Source: Trichodelitschia bisporula (Eukaryota). From it: a DNA stretch of 64,000 nt. Below the pieces are notes generated by a model, which did not search any database, was not told where the DNA came from, and worked only from the letters and a program-made list of their open reading frames with translations. The position numbers and the translations under genes are program-made. Below are positions 1 through 13,433 of this stretch, piece by piece. Location of the stretch: NCBI GenBank assembly GCA_010356995.1, contig ML996702.1, forward strand, positions 372,001-436,000, written 5' to 3'. How positions within the stretch are numbered: the stretch's first letter is position 1; every line of letters starts with the position of its first letter.

Positions 1-2857
1 TTGCGGAAGAAGCAGCGAGAGTCACATCCAAACGAGGTGGATGGGAGGGGAGGAGTTGATGAAGGAGGTTCGAAGGAAATGGGGGCAAAGATTCTTGGGG
101 TAGGAACATTTAGCACGGAGCATGGGATCCGCACTGGGGGGCGCCGCCTTCCATCCTTTGGCTGAAATGGCACTTGGCCGAAGGTTTTGCTACAGTGTTA
201 CAGCGTGTCCATCCAATACTATCAAGCCTCTTTCTCTCTCTACTGCGTAGGTCATTTCTCCCCCCACCCTCCACTCTCGGCCATTCCTTGGGAGGTTCAA
301 GAGGCTTTCCAGTTCGTCAAATCTCAATTGCTCAGCCTAAAAGCCAAGACGGCAAGACCCCATTCTTTAAGCCAAGATACCGGGTGGTCCCCTCCATCCC
401 CTCACGATATTCCCCTGAAGGGGATCCACAGCGGCGCCACCAAAACCCTTCCATCATCCGCCATGCCGCCGGCCTCCGCTTCACCATCGGTACGGTACGG
501 TAAGCAAGGACGGGCCAGCCACCTTCTCTCATTATCCAATCAAATCCAATTTCCGGATATCTCCACCGAAATTGCAGCTTCACTCTAGCCGTATCAAGTC
601 CATCCCTTCCGCATGCGGGCGCTTGCCGCTCCACTTCCACACGCCACTCTCAGCCTCCCGCTATGCTGCACGCCATTACGGGCGCCACATCTCATGGCAT
701 ATCGCCATTCCGTGTCTCTTCTCTTTTTGCTGCTCTGAGACGACGCGGCTTTGAAACGTTCTTCTCAGGCATGAGGCGCGCGGATCCTTCGTCATGACCC
801 ATCGGCCCGGCCGCTGGGGCTGACGACATCGCATCTCTCATCATGAATAGACGCCAGGCGAGAGTACCACCATGTGCCCCGCTCGCCTCCTCCACATCAA
901 GTTCCACTGAGCACAAATCGTGGATCAAATGCTCGTCGCGGCGCCAGGGAACTGATGCACTCGGCGCCCGCCGCGCGGCCTTGTCGAATTACGGAGTACT
1001 AGCTCGCTGTCCGCGGAATGTCGCAGTATTCCGGATGAGGTTCGCCAGTGAAGCGAACCCCATAAGCTCTCATCACCCATGCCGCATAGATGTCAAAGTT
1101 GCATGCCACTATTTTGCACAGCCTCCACCGCTTGGGCAGGCTCTGCAGAGTGCATTGCCGAGAGCTCACATCGCGACTCATGCGTCCATATCGGCATTGG
1201 AGGTGGCCGCACCGGACATCTCCATTGTATTATTATAATCCATACGTAGTAGGTGGAGTGCTGCGTGCGCGTCATGACTTCATCCGTTGTACGTGGACAG
1301 AGACGGCTGGTACGCTACGGAAAGTTTCCCAACATGGTTTTGCCTGCCGGGAGCTATCAATGTGAGCCGCATGAAGGTGTTAAAAACCCGGCATATCATG
1401 CCTTGTCGTCTATCGTTTTGGAAACAAGTTGGCATCCAAGTGGGAACTAAAATAAAGCGGTTGCAGATCCCCACGATTTGCATGGAACATGCCAACATAC
1501 CGGTACTGGCTCCTTGGAAAGCACTTCCATGTTTAAAGTCCAAAATGATACCCATGGGATAGTCTCAAACGGAAGGTGGGCATGGTTCCTCCAGTTTAAC
1601 TACATATGTGACGTCACTGACTATAGAGCATCTTCTTTACGGCGGACGCCATGGCCTCAAGAAAGCAACGCTCTGGGTGAGGATTGGGATAATGCAAGTT
1701 TCGTAGTGTCGTTCATCGCCGCACCGCTCAATAATCTTTGCTGTGCCCGACCGTTCAAGTTGAGCCTGGCTATTTACGGACAAGTACTGCTTCGACGGAG
1801 ACCAATGGGAGAAGATGGATTCTGATACCGTAAAGCATTTTCGACTTATGCGAAGACTTTCTTGATCGGATTGGGGCCATCTTTCAAGTCGGTCCAGTCG
1901 TCCATCTAGACAAAGGCAGAAGACCTTCCAAGGAGTCAGGTGAGTCCCAGTCGCTCCCGTTGAGCTACTCTTAAGGTCAAGGAAATGCTATTGTACTTGA
2001 TAGAGCAGACAGGAGTCTAGGTCCCCGTCTACTTGCTATAAAGGCCGTCGGATACGCATGAGGTCACCGGCTTCAAACCCCAGGAGAGATGGGCATATCG
2101 ACATCATATGGATTTCAGTGCTTCTCCTAGGTAACTGAATTCAACAATATCCCCGTCACTCGCTTAGCATCAAGGAAGGTCATGAAGGGCTTGGTGCAAG
2201 CCACCATCATCCACCAGCCTGGAGCGGTGGAGGATGGCAGTGCGTGATGATTGCTTGTTGGAGAGCTGTCGTGGTCTAGACTATGCCATCCTCCTAAGTC
2301 TCAGGGCTCCGTCACTCGGAAATAACATGCATCCAAAGAAGGAAATAGCAGCGCTCTGACAAGCTTCCATCAACCACCATCAGCATATATTGTAATGCTG
2401 GACAGCCAGCAGACCTGGAGCTTTCATCACCAAATCAAGATGGTTCAAGCTAGTACATGATATAGTATCAGATGCGGAAAACGAGAGCGACAGATAGCAG
2501 TCGAGTTTTATGTGAGAAGGCCAAAAAAATCAAGCACGCGAAATGACCGTCGCCATATGCCCGGGATCCTCCCACACCTGATGCCACCCGTTTGAAAGCA
2601 TCCAGAAACACCGTGAATAAAGCCCGTGAACCAATCCGCACCCGTGTGCGGGCGTCTTCGTACATTAAGGAAAGTCGCCAGAGATCAAAGCCGTCGTACC
2701 GCCATTGTCGATCAAAGTCATGAAAGTGATGACCTTCGAATCAAGCATCTACAAGTGCAGAGGTCAGATTCGGAAGTTTTCGTAGAATGCAAGAGGTAAA
2801 AAGTGACAATGTATCGTAGGCCATTGCATGCCGTAAGAGGAAACCGAGGATCCCATC

Positions 2858-5542
2858 TCAGTTGCTGTCGGTTTCGGAAGGCTTTTTCCAAAAGTGGATC
2901 AGCTTGCTTAGCCTGTTAACCTTCTTGGTCTTGGCCGTGACTGCAACGTCAATGTGTTGCGACTGAGGTCGACTCTCGATGGAAAGTTTGCTGCGCTCCC
3001 CAAACGAGCCGCCGACGAGCCTCGAGAGGCTCGCGATGCTCGACCGTTTCCGCCGACGTTCCGGAAGACTCGTGATCGAGTAGACCGAGCCAGATCGCTC
3101 GTCGCGGCCTATGGATCCTATGGGGCAAAAGGGGTTGTGCGGGGTCGTCATGGTTGACCTGCTGCTCGACAGAGAGGGCACATCATCTACCGATATACGA
3201 ACTGCCGGTCCCGGTTCGCCAAACGAAAAGGAGCGGCTTCCCGTACCGGAGGAGGTTGCTGTGCCGAGACGAGGCGTGCTCAAAGAGAGCTGACTGTGAT
3301 TGAAATCAGGGCTAGACAGGGACGAGCCACTCAGTGTGTCGGGCGTCATGACTGAACGCTGTTGGATTGGGAGCGAAAGGTTCATAACAGGCCTGGGAGC
3401 CTTCGAGTCGTCACCGGTGAGGGGAGGAGTTATTGTAGAATCGGAGTCACGAGTTAGGGATGAAGCCCGAGGTTCCTCAAAGTCTTCAACGACTTCGATG
3501 GAGCTGGCGTACGCTGAACGTTGCGCCAACATTCGTTGACCAGGAACCAGGGAGTCCGTCTTCGGCACAGGAAGCGCCTCACTTGGGCGTCGACTGGCGT
3601 CTGGTGTTGATCCAACGCTCCAGTTCATCTCTGACGGTGTCTCCGTCCCGTCCATGTCCACAACGTGAATTCCAATACTGTGCTCATCCTCGTTTTCGGA
3701 TGACGACGATACTGAGTTTCGCGGTAGCGGAGACGGGATATCGCTCTCCTCTTCATCCTCTTCCTCGAACACATCCGGCATTGTCGAAGCCGGAACAGCC
3801 TTCGCACTGCGATAATCGAAAGGGGCCAATTCTGGTGCACTTTCCGTACGGCGGTGGCTGTCCGAGTTGAATGTAAGGCTGTGCATCGAACGCCGGGGTC
3901 GAGGTGGAAGCCGGACGGCTGAATCGCGAGCATTTGAGACAAGCGGGGGGGTATTGAAGGGGCCAAGGGCGGCGTCCAGGTCGATCATTGGGCTCCTTGC
4001 GTCCGAGTCCCCGGGAGCATATCGCCTCACGGCGGAACCGACATCGGCCCTGGGCATGGGTTTTGCGACAGGTTCCGAGATGATAGTTACGGTATTATCA
4101 ATGTCGAAATTAGCATCAAAGTTGACATCGTCCGGAATCCCCGTGTCATCGGTCTCTTCTGGATCAAATGCTGGTGACTTGGCCTTCGGGTGGGAACCCT
4201 TGAGCTTCAGTGTCACCGACTGAGCCCATGCCTTGACATTGCGCGGCTTACGGGGCTTTGTTGTGTCGTGCAAAATATCCTCGGACTCTGCAACCTCCAT
4301 TGAGACACGGGAGGGTGTATCAATCGGAGAGTCTGGTGGAGAATTTGAGAAGGCAGCAGAGAGTTCCGAGTCCGTCACCGTAGATTTGCGATGGTCCCAA
4401 CGGGGGAAACCCTTCCATTTCGGAGATTTCAAGGATGCTGAGGATTCGCTGTCCGACACACTGGTGGTGGTGCAAATGGCAGATCTCGGGCGCGCGGTTC
4501 CGGCATCACCGTGGTACGAATCTTTGGAGGGCGATTGCACGCCGAACACTCCACCAGACGTATGCGGCCGGGTCTTTGCGTCCTCGTCTTCAAATGTTGT
4601 GTGCAAGGAAGGTCGCACCATCCTCGCTGACGAAGGGCTTGCTGCACCATTACTCACCACCGACGACATGCTCCCGGAAACCGAGTGTCCTCGCACGGTC
4701 GACATGGAACTTTCGGTTTCGGAAGAGATGGTTGAGAGCGGGCGGATGTACTCAACCCTATCCGAGAACCCAACTCTCATCCGGGGTTGAGGGCGGGACT
4801 GTGGTGACGTATCCGGGCCTTGAGGAATAGACAGCTCAACGCCTGAGCGCAACGACGACAGGCTGCGCTTGTCTTGTCCGAGACCAAAAAAGGGCTTTGG
4901 CTCATTCTCCAAAGGCGTCGTTGGTGCGCTACCACACCGCGGTTGCGATGTATCCTTGGGCTGCAGGATGGATTGCATGTCGTGACAGGAAATGGCGCCA
5001 GACCTCCGATGCCGATGGCCCCTGCCGCCAGGTGGTCCAAGGCGTGCAGGAGCCGCAGGCAGAGAATTGTCAGTCTTTGTCGGGCTTGAACTCATCAGAC
5101 CAACACCGCCACGTCCATCACCTCCAATAAACTCGCTCCCTCCTCTTCTATGTCCAATGGGCCTTGAAGGCGTCGTGGGAGAGATCTCGCTCGGGGAGAG
5201 CGGTGGGGTTGCTAGGAGTGCTGATCCGGAAGAGTCGGCCGAGGGATCGAACGAAAAATTAGGCAGTGTACTGGTCGATCCTCGCTGGCGAATGTGACCA
5301 TTTGCAGTGGTACTCGACACCGAAAGGTGCTGTGAAGACCGTGGCCGCCGAGCATAGGGTGGCCAATTGTCCACAGCATTTGAGGGAGTGTCGGACGGGA
5401 GCGCGGGAAAGACGAAGTTGGGGTTCGGCATTATGTCGATGCTACTTTCGCGCGCACCACGTCGCTGGTAGAGCGGTGAGTTCATGGTTGCTGTCTGCTG
5501 TGCGAGTGCAACCGTCCCCTGTTCGAGGGCGACCTCGGCCAT
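2858..5542 (-). CDS. Ser/Pro-rich intrinsically disordered protein (resembles fungal 'cell wall proline-rich protein' family), single exon, ~894 aa
   Basis: Long ORF 2858-5584; first ATG at 5542 in good context (actATGg). Short conserved-looking islands GHRRGGSEFIGGD, HRHRRSGAIS, PMIDLDAALGPFNTP, HRRTESAP, KRSSIASLSRLVG, SKLSIE within low-complexity sequence. Confidence 0.75.
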   Translation of the reverse strand: MAEVALEQGTVALAQQTATMNSPLYQRRGARESSIDIMPNPNFVFPALPSDTPSNAVDNWPPYARRPRSSQHLSVSSTTANGHIRQRGSTSTLPNFSFDPSADSSGSALLATPPLSPSEISPTTPSRPIGHRRGGSEFIGGDGRGGVGLMSSSPTKTDNSLPAAPARLGPPGGRGHRHRRSGAISCHDMQSILQPKDTSQPRCGSAPTTPLENEPKPFFGLGQDKRSLSSLRSGVELSIPQGPDTSPQSRPQPRMRVGFSDRVEYIRPLSTISSETESSMSTVRGHSVSGSMSSVVSNGAASPSSARMVRPSLHTTFEDEDAKTRPHTSGGVFGVQSPSKDSYHGDAGTARPRSAICTTTSVSDSESSASLKSPKWKGFPRWDHRKSTVTDSELSAAFSNSPPDSPIDTPSRVSMEVAESEDILHDTTKPRKPRNVKAWAQSVTLKLKGSHPKAKSPAFDPEETDDTGIPDDVNFDANFDIDNTVTIISEPVAKPMPRADVGSAVRRYAPGDSDARSPMIDLDAALGPFNTPPLVSNARDSAVRLPPRPRRSMHSLTFNSDSHRRTESAPELAPFDYRSAKAVPASTMPDVFEEEDEEESDIPSPLPRNSVSSSSENEDEHSIGIHVVDMDGTETPSEMNWSVGSTPDASRRPSEALPVPKTDSLVPGQRMLAQRSAYASSIEVVEDFEEPRASSLTRDSDSTITPPLTGDDSKAPRPVMNLSLPIQQRSVMTPDTLSGSSLSSPDFNHSQLSLSTPRLGTATSSGTGSRSFSFGEPGPAVRISVDDVPSLSSSRSTMTTPHNPFCPIGSIGRDERSGSVYSITSLPERRRKRSSIASLSRLVGGSFGERSKLSIESRPQSQHIDVAVTAKTKKVNRLSKLIHFWKKPSETDSN

Positions 5543-6203
5543 AGTGGAGCGGACAAAACCAACGCGATCAAGGAGCGACGGCACTAAAGGGCGAAAATCG
5601 GCGCGACATGCAATTGCCAGCGATTATGTAGTGTTCGAGCGGATGCGCAAGGCTTGCGACTAGTGAAGCTTCGGAGCGGTCGGTTGAAGCATGCAGTGGA
5701 TGTGGTTTCGCGACGGGCGACGGTGCGGAACAGCGACCAAGACGAGGCGAGACGCTTTTATCAGTTGAAAGAAAGCAATTACTGCAGAGAAGAGGACGAG
5801 AAGTTAGCTAAAGGCAAGTCTTGAAAGTGTTGGCTTTCGAGTACAGCATCAGGCTTGCTGTTTTGGGGCGGACGCACAAACTACGGGATGTGTAGCGCAG
5901 CCAAAGTGGCCTCGGTGCGGCGTTGAAAGGAACGACGGAAAGGCGAGAGTTTTTGAAGGAGTGGACGGCCGAAATGAAGCGAACATAGACAGACGGAGAT
6001 ATCGTCGACCTAGTTCAACTCCATGTGCCTTATGGTGGGGGAGAAGACGCCTTTTTGGAGGTGGGTGGTTGGAGGAGGGAGGAGAGGGAAGGAATTGGGA
6101 GGGGGGAGAAAAGAGGGTTTGGGGTTGGGGTGCGAAGGAAGGATCACGGACAAAGTGTGGAGGTTAGGTAAGTTTACTAGCAGGGGAGACGGGGTCCGCT
6201 TTG

Positions 6204-6292
6204 GTGTGTGTGTGTGTTGCGTGTGTGTGCGTGGAGGGTTGCCGTGGGTGCCTGGGGTGGGAGGGGGGGGCTTGTGAGTGTGTGTGTGTGTG
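6204..6292. repeat. Imperfect (TG/CA)n microsatellite tracts upstream of the Ser/Pro-rich gene
   Basis: gtgtgtgtgtgtg at ~6204-6232 and ~6278-6292, next to a purine-rich (minus-strand CT-rich) block. Confidence 0.8.
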
Positions 6293-9200
6293 GACAAGAC
6301 GGAAGAGAGAGCGCAAGGCGTGCAGGCAGGGCCAGAACGAAGCCAAAGGCAACAAGCCCGACAAGCCAGGCAAAAGGGCAGATTGGAAGGGTGTCGGAGA
6401 AAGGATCGAGCCAAGCCTCAAGTGGACAAGGTAAAGAGCCCGAGGGGGTCAGTGCGTGCGCAAAGCTCATCAGCCATCAACAGGACCCCAGGGGCTTGGC
6501 TTGAGGCAGTTGAGGAACCATCTCTCCCTCTTCCACAGTGTGAACTTCTCACTGCGTGGCCTTGAGGGGTTGCGTCTGCCTAACTTCCGCTTGCTGCTGC
6601 GGATGTACACAGTATTCACTGATACCTTTTCATCATCTTTGGTTCTTGATTGTTCTTTTCTCTCATCGATGTACGAGTACATCCGTAGAAGAGGCAGTCG
6701 AGTTTCGCAGTCTTCGCCCTTTTGTGGCGCTTTTACCTGCATTGGATAGCGCAGTTGCAAAATGCCTGGATTTGCTGCACAAGCCGCATAAACCCGCACA
6801 ACCCCGTCTATCCCGACTCTTCTCGCCTGTGCCCCTCCCCTCCAGCCCGCGCCCTATCTCCACTCGCATCTCTATCTAGCCAGTTGCCGCTCGTCCTGCA
6901 AGCCTACTGGGCTTATGGCGCAGGTCACAGCACCGAAACCGTTGAACAATTTCACAAATTCGGTTATGTATGCCCTTACTTTTTCTCCACTTTTTCCTCT
7001 CCGCCCAGCCACGGAGTGCCACTCCGACAAATGTTTACTTCATCACAGTTCACGATGCTTGGGAACTTCAGCCATCATGTCACACTCTCCCACAGAATCG
7101 TGAAAGCCCTACCATGAACTGGGCATTTCTTTTTTAACCTTATGCCTCTCGATCGGCTCTAATGATGACTTCCACTACCTGAAATTTGCCATTTTGCTTT
7201 CCTCAAATCCCCTCCCCCCCACACCTCAAATTTGTTCAGATCCTGGCTCAAGTTGATTGCTGCTTGGATCTGGTCGGCCGGACTGATGAACGCCCCGGTC
7301 GGAGCCTGCGGGTAAATGACATGACTGCGTGACGGGCTCTTGGTCGCCAAAGCAACTCTTGATTAACGGGACGCTCGAGCATATCAGCAATCATCTTGGT
7401 GCACAGCCGGTTGCCAATCAGGACCATGCAATCAATTTCGAGTCTGCGGTTTCAGATCTGGTGCAGGCACGCTGTGGTATATAGGATGGGTTAAGCAACG
7501 GTAATAATCCTGCACAATGTACCTGGCCGCCTCTCCCGCTCCGCCCTGCACAGCTGCTGTCGTGGAGAGTGTACACTCAAGGGCCCAACCATCGCCAGAG
7601 GAACGGATTTGCTTCCGTCTTACCTCTTGTCGATCCTCCCAACGTCTTCCCGATCACTGATCGAGCCTGCAGATTGCCGTTCTGCGTCTCCGCCATGTCC
7701 TTCTTCTTTGGCGTCAGCGATGCGCGCCCCGTGTTGCTTGAATCAAGCAGCAAGAAATGCAATTAACTCACCACGTGCAACTGCTCTGGTCACCATCAGT
7801 GCGCTGCCATCCATGTCTTTGATATGGTGATCTCCCTCGCCCAGGAACCTGTCATTCGCGATGACCGGGAGCCTCATTCAACGCAGCGAGCATCCAAATG
7901 TCCCAGCTTAATTGCATATTTCGACCACCGCCGAGACCAATCTCGCAAGGATGAGATCGATACCCGTTAAGGCCACGCATACCACGAGCTAATTTGCCGG
8001 CATTCTTTGATGTGGGTCTACACAGTACATAATACGGTTATGAGTCCTACGTTGTCCTTCGGCCTCTTTCTTAACCTCTGGTCTGGCTGCTTCCGGCAGC
8101 TGTGCTACGGATCTTTTTCGTATCCCGGCCATCACTGCTGTTCGCCGGCGGGGATGTACATAGGCACTGCGGATTTGTCGCGCTGCTGTCGCACGGCCTT
8201 GGTCTGCTATTTTTGACCTGCCATTTTGCCGCATGTGGAATTGAAGCTCCTCAAAGTCCGTGTTCAAGTGTTCCCGGCGCCGATCGGCTACCCGTACATC
8301 GGCTGGCGGGGTGACGGCTCGTCGGCCAGTTCGCGTCGGAGCCCCGCGCGTGTCCTCGTGCAATTTCAAATAGGGCCTAGTTCGTGGGCCTACTAACGTG
8401 TCTTGCCCTACCTATTCTTACGGATTTGCGCTGCGAACAGCGAAAGATAATGAGTTCGCTTATAAGCAATCAGAAACTCGGAATCGATCGTCTGCCCACC
8501 GACTCGTGCACTTTTCGACGAGCTCCATTCGGCAGGTCCGTCTCGGATGCCCGCCCAGCAACCGCCGATGCGTGATGCTCGGCAGCGTCATGCCGCAAAC
8601 CCCGCCTCTGCCCCCCCTCTCAGCGCGCACAAGCGTAATTGTCCGGCGTCGCACGCGGCACGCACTGGACACTGCTGTGTCCCGTTAGACGGCGTTGTGA
8701 AAAACTCCCCCACATGCGAGCACAGCATGACCCACATCAGGGATGCATGATCGGGAATTCCCCACATGGCTGAGTGGCAGCGGTCAGCCCAGGGCCAGGC
8801 TCTCCACCAAAAGTGGAGAAAGAGGCGTGGATGGTGGAGGAGGTGACAGAAGGCGTGCAGCCAAATGTGACCAATCATGGGACAATCGCGAACTACCTCA
8901 ATGGGCTTGGTGTTCGTGTGTTGAGGACCAAGGACCCAAGGCAGTTCCGCCGTGAGAGTTGCGCGGCTTGTTTACTTCGTACGCTAGTTTGACCCTTCTG
9001 CAGCAGCGTGCGTTCCTCAAATTCTCCCGTTAAATCCACCGATTCGAGGAAGGCTGGTTCAATCATGAAGATCTGCATAAGGGCAGAGATCTCCGACTGT
9101 TATCTACTACCCGTACCAATCCGCCCTTGCTAGGAGGGTTCGCGACACGAGTGGTTCACGTCGGTCGGGAGCGGCCCTCACATCCTACGGTAAAACTAAT

Positions 9201-10448
9201 GAACTACGCAGCTCTTCATCCCACGCCCGTTTTCCAGCAGACCAGAACCCGGATGTGCGCCCACAGCCGCATACGACTCGCGCCGTGTTTATCCCATTTT
9301 CTCTGTCGACAAGGACTGGATGCTGCTCAGCACCAGCAGCCCTGAAGCGCCCCTCCCCCAATCCACGCACTCCCATGATCCCACAGACTGCCCTCGCCAT
9401 CCCACGACCAACACCCACCCACCAGATTCCAGTCTAGCCTGCACGGCGTGTCCGCTCACAGGCGTCCGCCAGCTGCACTCTGCATTCGCCACGCGCATGT
9501 CGTCCCCTGCGCCGTAAATCGAACCAATCCGCGCCCGCCTTCAGCCCTTTCACTGCGCGCATACGCGGCAAAAACTCCCAAAAGCCAAACCTACTGCCCC
9601 CCCTCCATCAACCCGCGGGGAAGAGAGGCGTGAGATCGTGCCCGAGTTTGCGTGTTTGCCACCTCCTCGTTCGCATACCATGCTTCATGCCGCTGGAGGG
9701 GGCAAGAGGTAGGAGGTTGGCCGACCGACAACCAGCAGCTCACGACCAATACCCGGCAGTCTTGCTCTGCACTCTACCATACCCAGCATCCAGCTGCAGT
9801 CCCTAGATGCGGGAAATGGCCCCTGAGCTTGGCCTCGTATTCCCCTGTTCGTACAAATTAGTCCAGAATGTCTTGAGGAGTGTAATTTGATGGCAATTAA
9901 GAAACCCGGGTATGAAGTCAAGTTGTTTCGCTCGAGTAGGACCAGATTTCGCAGTTCATGCATTCTCAAGCTCACCGCGAAGTTTGATAGATTAAAGTTC
10001 CGCATTCCTTAGGGCACTCCCGGAACCGGCTCGATGGAGCGGCGTCGGCGAACGCGGCGTTGGGAAGCGTTCATCGTAGATCCGCGTTTGAACAAGGCCA
10101 TGGGAGGCAAGAATTTGGGTCGGGGGAGATTGGATGAATGAATTCTGTTTGCTCGTGCGACACTGACAGACCATAACTCGGATTTGGATGCCCGATGAGA
10201 ATAGACGTACATGTGCATGCTTGGTGCTGTGAACCGTATCCAGAATATCGCTATGCTGTGAGATTCTCTACTAATCGATAGGTGCGCCTTAACTGCCACA
10301 TCTATGTGGTATCCTGATATTCTCAACCCATTGTCCAGAAGCCCAAACCGCCGTAAACGCCGTGAATGAATGCGCCGGAGACCCAAAAACAATATACTAC
10401 ACAGAGCGCCTTTGATGCAGTTTCCCCATCTAACTTTAGGCCTCCGCC

Positions 10449-11957
10449 CTAAAGCTCAAACTCACTCAACCAGTGCCTTACCACCACTTTCCCTTCATTG
10501 AAGCGCTTCTCGTTCATGCGCACAATGACGGCCGCATGGGAGTGCCTGGCTTTGTGGATCCAGACGTGATACTTCTTCCAGCCAACCTTGTCGAGCGCAT
10601 CGATCATCGCAAACTGCTCGTCCGTGAGAGCGAGGGTGGGGACCTCGACTTGCGGATCTTCGGTATCAACAGTACTCTTCCCCGATGACTGTGACATGGC
10701 TTTCGAAGGTTCGGGCAAGAGCAGCGAACTACCATGGGAGACGGCCGCATCTTCGTACTCCACCGGCAGGTATTCCTGATCCTGTGCGCTATTGACGTTT
10801 TCGTAGAGAGTTTCCGCCGTCTCCCGCATGTTCTGGAGAAGGGGAATCCTGTACTTGCTCACATCTACACCAGTCTTTCCAGTTTGATGGAGCCGGATGC
10901 GTTGTTGGCTGGCCACCGACTGGATGACGGAGTTGGAGAGGAAGATGACCACGCCGATTGGGACTATAAACACGAGGAAAGCGTACATGGGCAACTTAGC
11001 GATCCATGCGTCCAGGCGTTTCCTCAGTCTACTGAATGTGCCAGATGACTCGGCATTCTTCATAGAGAAAGGATTTTTGCCGTCAATCACGACGGGTTCG
11101 TACCCTGGTACGTAGTTGACATCCAGATTGTCGATGTTGACGTAGGGGTCAGTCCTGGAAATGGCTGTCGTGTAGAATACAGCGGAACGGTCGTTGATGA
11201 CGTTGGCGTACAAGCTCCGATTCTTGAAAGTGGTCAGCGCACGAATAAAGATGCCTTCAGGATCCGCCAGAACAGAGAGCAGAGGTCTCCCAGTGTCGCG
11301 GAACTTGTCGATCCCAAAAAGCTGGCGACCAGAGATGGAAAGAGTACGGGCGCCGAGGACATTCCATAGCGTGCTCGGGAAGCCCAATAGTGGTGTCCGC
11401 ACTCCTAGGTGTGGAGTCGCAAACGTCGTAAAGTTCTAACTCCTTATCAGTCAAATTCCCGACAGTCTGGAATAGAGACATACCACCGGTTCCAGTCGCT
11501 CGTCAAACCATTTGTTGTGATACAAAAGCCCAACGGCGTACCGCGCAACCAAACCGCCGAGGGAATAGCCGATCACGCTAAGCTTCTTGATGGGTGTCCC
11601 TTTCTTTGCCAACTTCTCCAACTCCTGTTCTATCTCATGCGCAACGCGCTCGCCTCCGGTCTCAATGCCGTCATAGGTGTGGTTTCCAGCATTCCCTTTT
11701 GCACTGAGTATGTGGAGGCGGTCTTCCGGGTACTCTTCGCATAGCGACTTTTCGAGATACCACATATGTCCAGGATTGCCCCATAGCTACTCAAAGTGTA
11801 AGTATAAGGCCAGTAGCGATGCAGGCACCCACGGAGAGCGGCGCGTTGGCTGAGCCAATGCGGCGGTGGGCCGCGGAGAGGGAGTGACGTAGCCTCAACT
11901 TACCCCGTGGACGAGAACACAAAGATGCTCCGGTTTTGAAACTTCGCAGTCTTCCAT
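10449..11957 (-). CDS. DUF676 / ROG1-like putative serine esterase-lipase (3 exons)
   Basis: Spliced reading MEDCEVSKPEHLCVLVHG|LWGNPGHM...NHTYDGIETGGER...IGYSLGGLVARYA (GxSxG nucleophile)...FATPHLG...GRQLF...YANVINDRSAVFYT...HSHAAVIVR. GTAAGT donor at 11903 and TAG acceptor before CTATGG. Hydrophobic segment MYAFLVFIVPIGVVIFL. Confidence 0.85.
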
Positions 11958-13433
11958 TATAACAATGAAGGGGTTATCTTTGGCGACTGCGGTGTTGGAG
12001 TCTGAGAGGTCGAGAGATGAGAAGCGGTTGCGACAATAGAAGCGGCGGATCGGATTTATGATACGCGCGGGCTGCGGAGCGACAAAGAAACTGTGGCTTA
12101 GAGGTGGCGGGTGTGGAATAGTCGACAGTTGTTTGGTTGCTACACGTTCGCTATTGATCGGTCAAATCACCAACTGATCAGATGCAGTGTGTAATGGGTG
12201 TTTGATTCTTAACAACAGCTTCCTTCCATCAAGGAGATATATATCCATGAAGGCTTCCGGTCTGCGGATGATGCTCGTGGCTAAAATCCGAAGGCCGTCT
12301 AGCGCCCAGATTTCTTGTCCAGCTGTGCCACGGCCTAGCCCGTCGGCTGCCGTCGTTTTGGTTCGCTGCCCGAGAGAGGGCTCGGCCTACCGTATGTACT
12401 ACTGCACAATTCAGCTCCGTACGGATCCTCCGGATATATGGACACCGTCTTTGATATGTACTCCGTTCGGGTTACTCGTCGGTTGCTCAGCTGATGTCGG
12501 ACATATCCGTCCGAGGTACATCCGTACTCGATCCCAAGAGACTACTCAGTGACATGAACCTACAGACATGCGCTTTTAATTAGTAAAAGAGCATCTGACA
12601 TTTGCCCTTCCTTTGCTTCCGTCTATAGGGAAGTTGGATCCGCTTGAACGGCGAAAGAATAGTACTTGAACCGGAACTTCCTTTCCATATGGTCTCCCAT
12701 ACGGGTATGTCCTCCAGTTCTTCAAAACGTCTCCAAAACTTGGAGCAGATATAACCTCGTACTGCAGCACTGGACAAGTCGTGAAGTGAAGCAGTTGAAC
12801 TAACCTGCAAAGCCTGCAAGGATCCCTAAGCTGGAATGCCTAAAGCCTACCCGACAAGGTCGTGATCGCACCGACGTAGTACCCACAGAAGCGTCCAGGC
12901 AGTGGCGGCAATGACTTTCTTTTGCGTGGCCTTTGGCCGCTGATCGCGCTGACCTGCTTGTGGGTTCCTTGGCAACGCCACATGCTAGACCTCGCGCGTC
13001 GTCACTGCTGCAGTCAACCTCCAGGCGTAGAAGTTGCAACCACCCGAGACACAGCAGGTGAATGGGAATGAATATCTGGTGTGCACTCGAGGATATTTGC
13101 CCTTTGCGTAAATAGCTCGACCTGCCCTCGAAACTTGCCGAAACCCCGCGACACCTCTTCACGATCCCGAGCTTCAAACCATCGCCTTCTAAAGAACCCA
13201 CATGACATTACAGCATCTCAAGAAGCTCATGATCTCATGTAGGCTTGCTGCTTCCAAGTCTGTAGTTGCGCTCGCTAATTCTGTAGGGTATCTGATTTTC
13301 TTGATTGCTTTCTTTTGACGCCATCTCATACACTTTCGAAACTTCAGACCTCATCCTTAGTCGACTTCGGCTCACTATCTCCGCTCCTCTCCTCTTAGCT
13401 CTCCCGAATCACGTCCTAGATTCCCTTTTCATC

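Noticed and set aside
174..1825. Many 60-130 aa ORFs and a possible spliced mini-gene from an ATG near 463
   Set aside because: No recognisable domain or coding-like composition; more likely the upstream region of a gene left of the window.
12187..13208. Short ORFs between the DUF676 gene and REX3
   Set aside because: No motifs or consistent splice structure; treated as divergent promoter/intergenic DNA.
13305..13433. ORF-track N-terminal extensions from TTG/GTG starts (REX3; likewise MAF1, GCLM, syntaxin, BUD32)
   Set aside because: Prokaryote-style start calls; downstream ATGs or spliced first exons give the family-typical N-termini.
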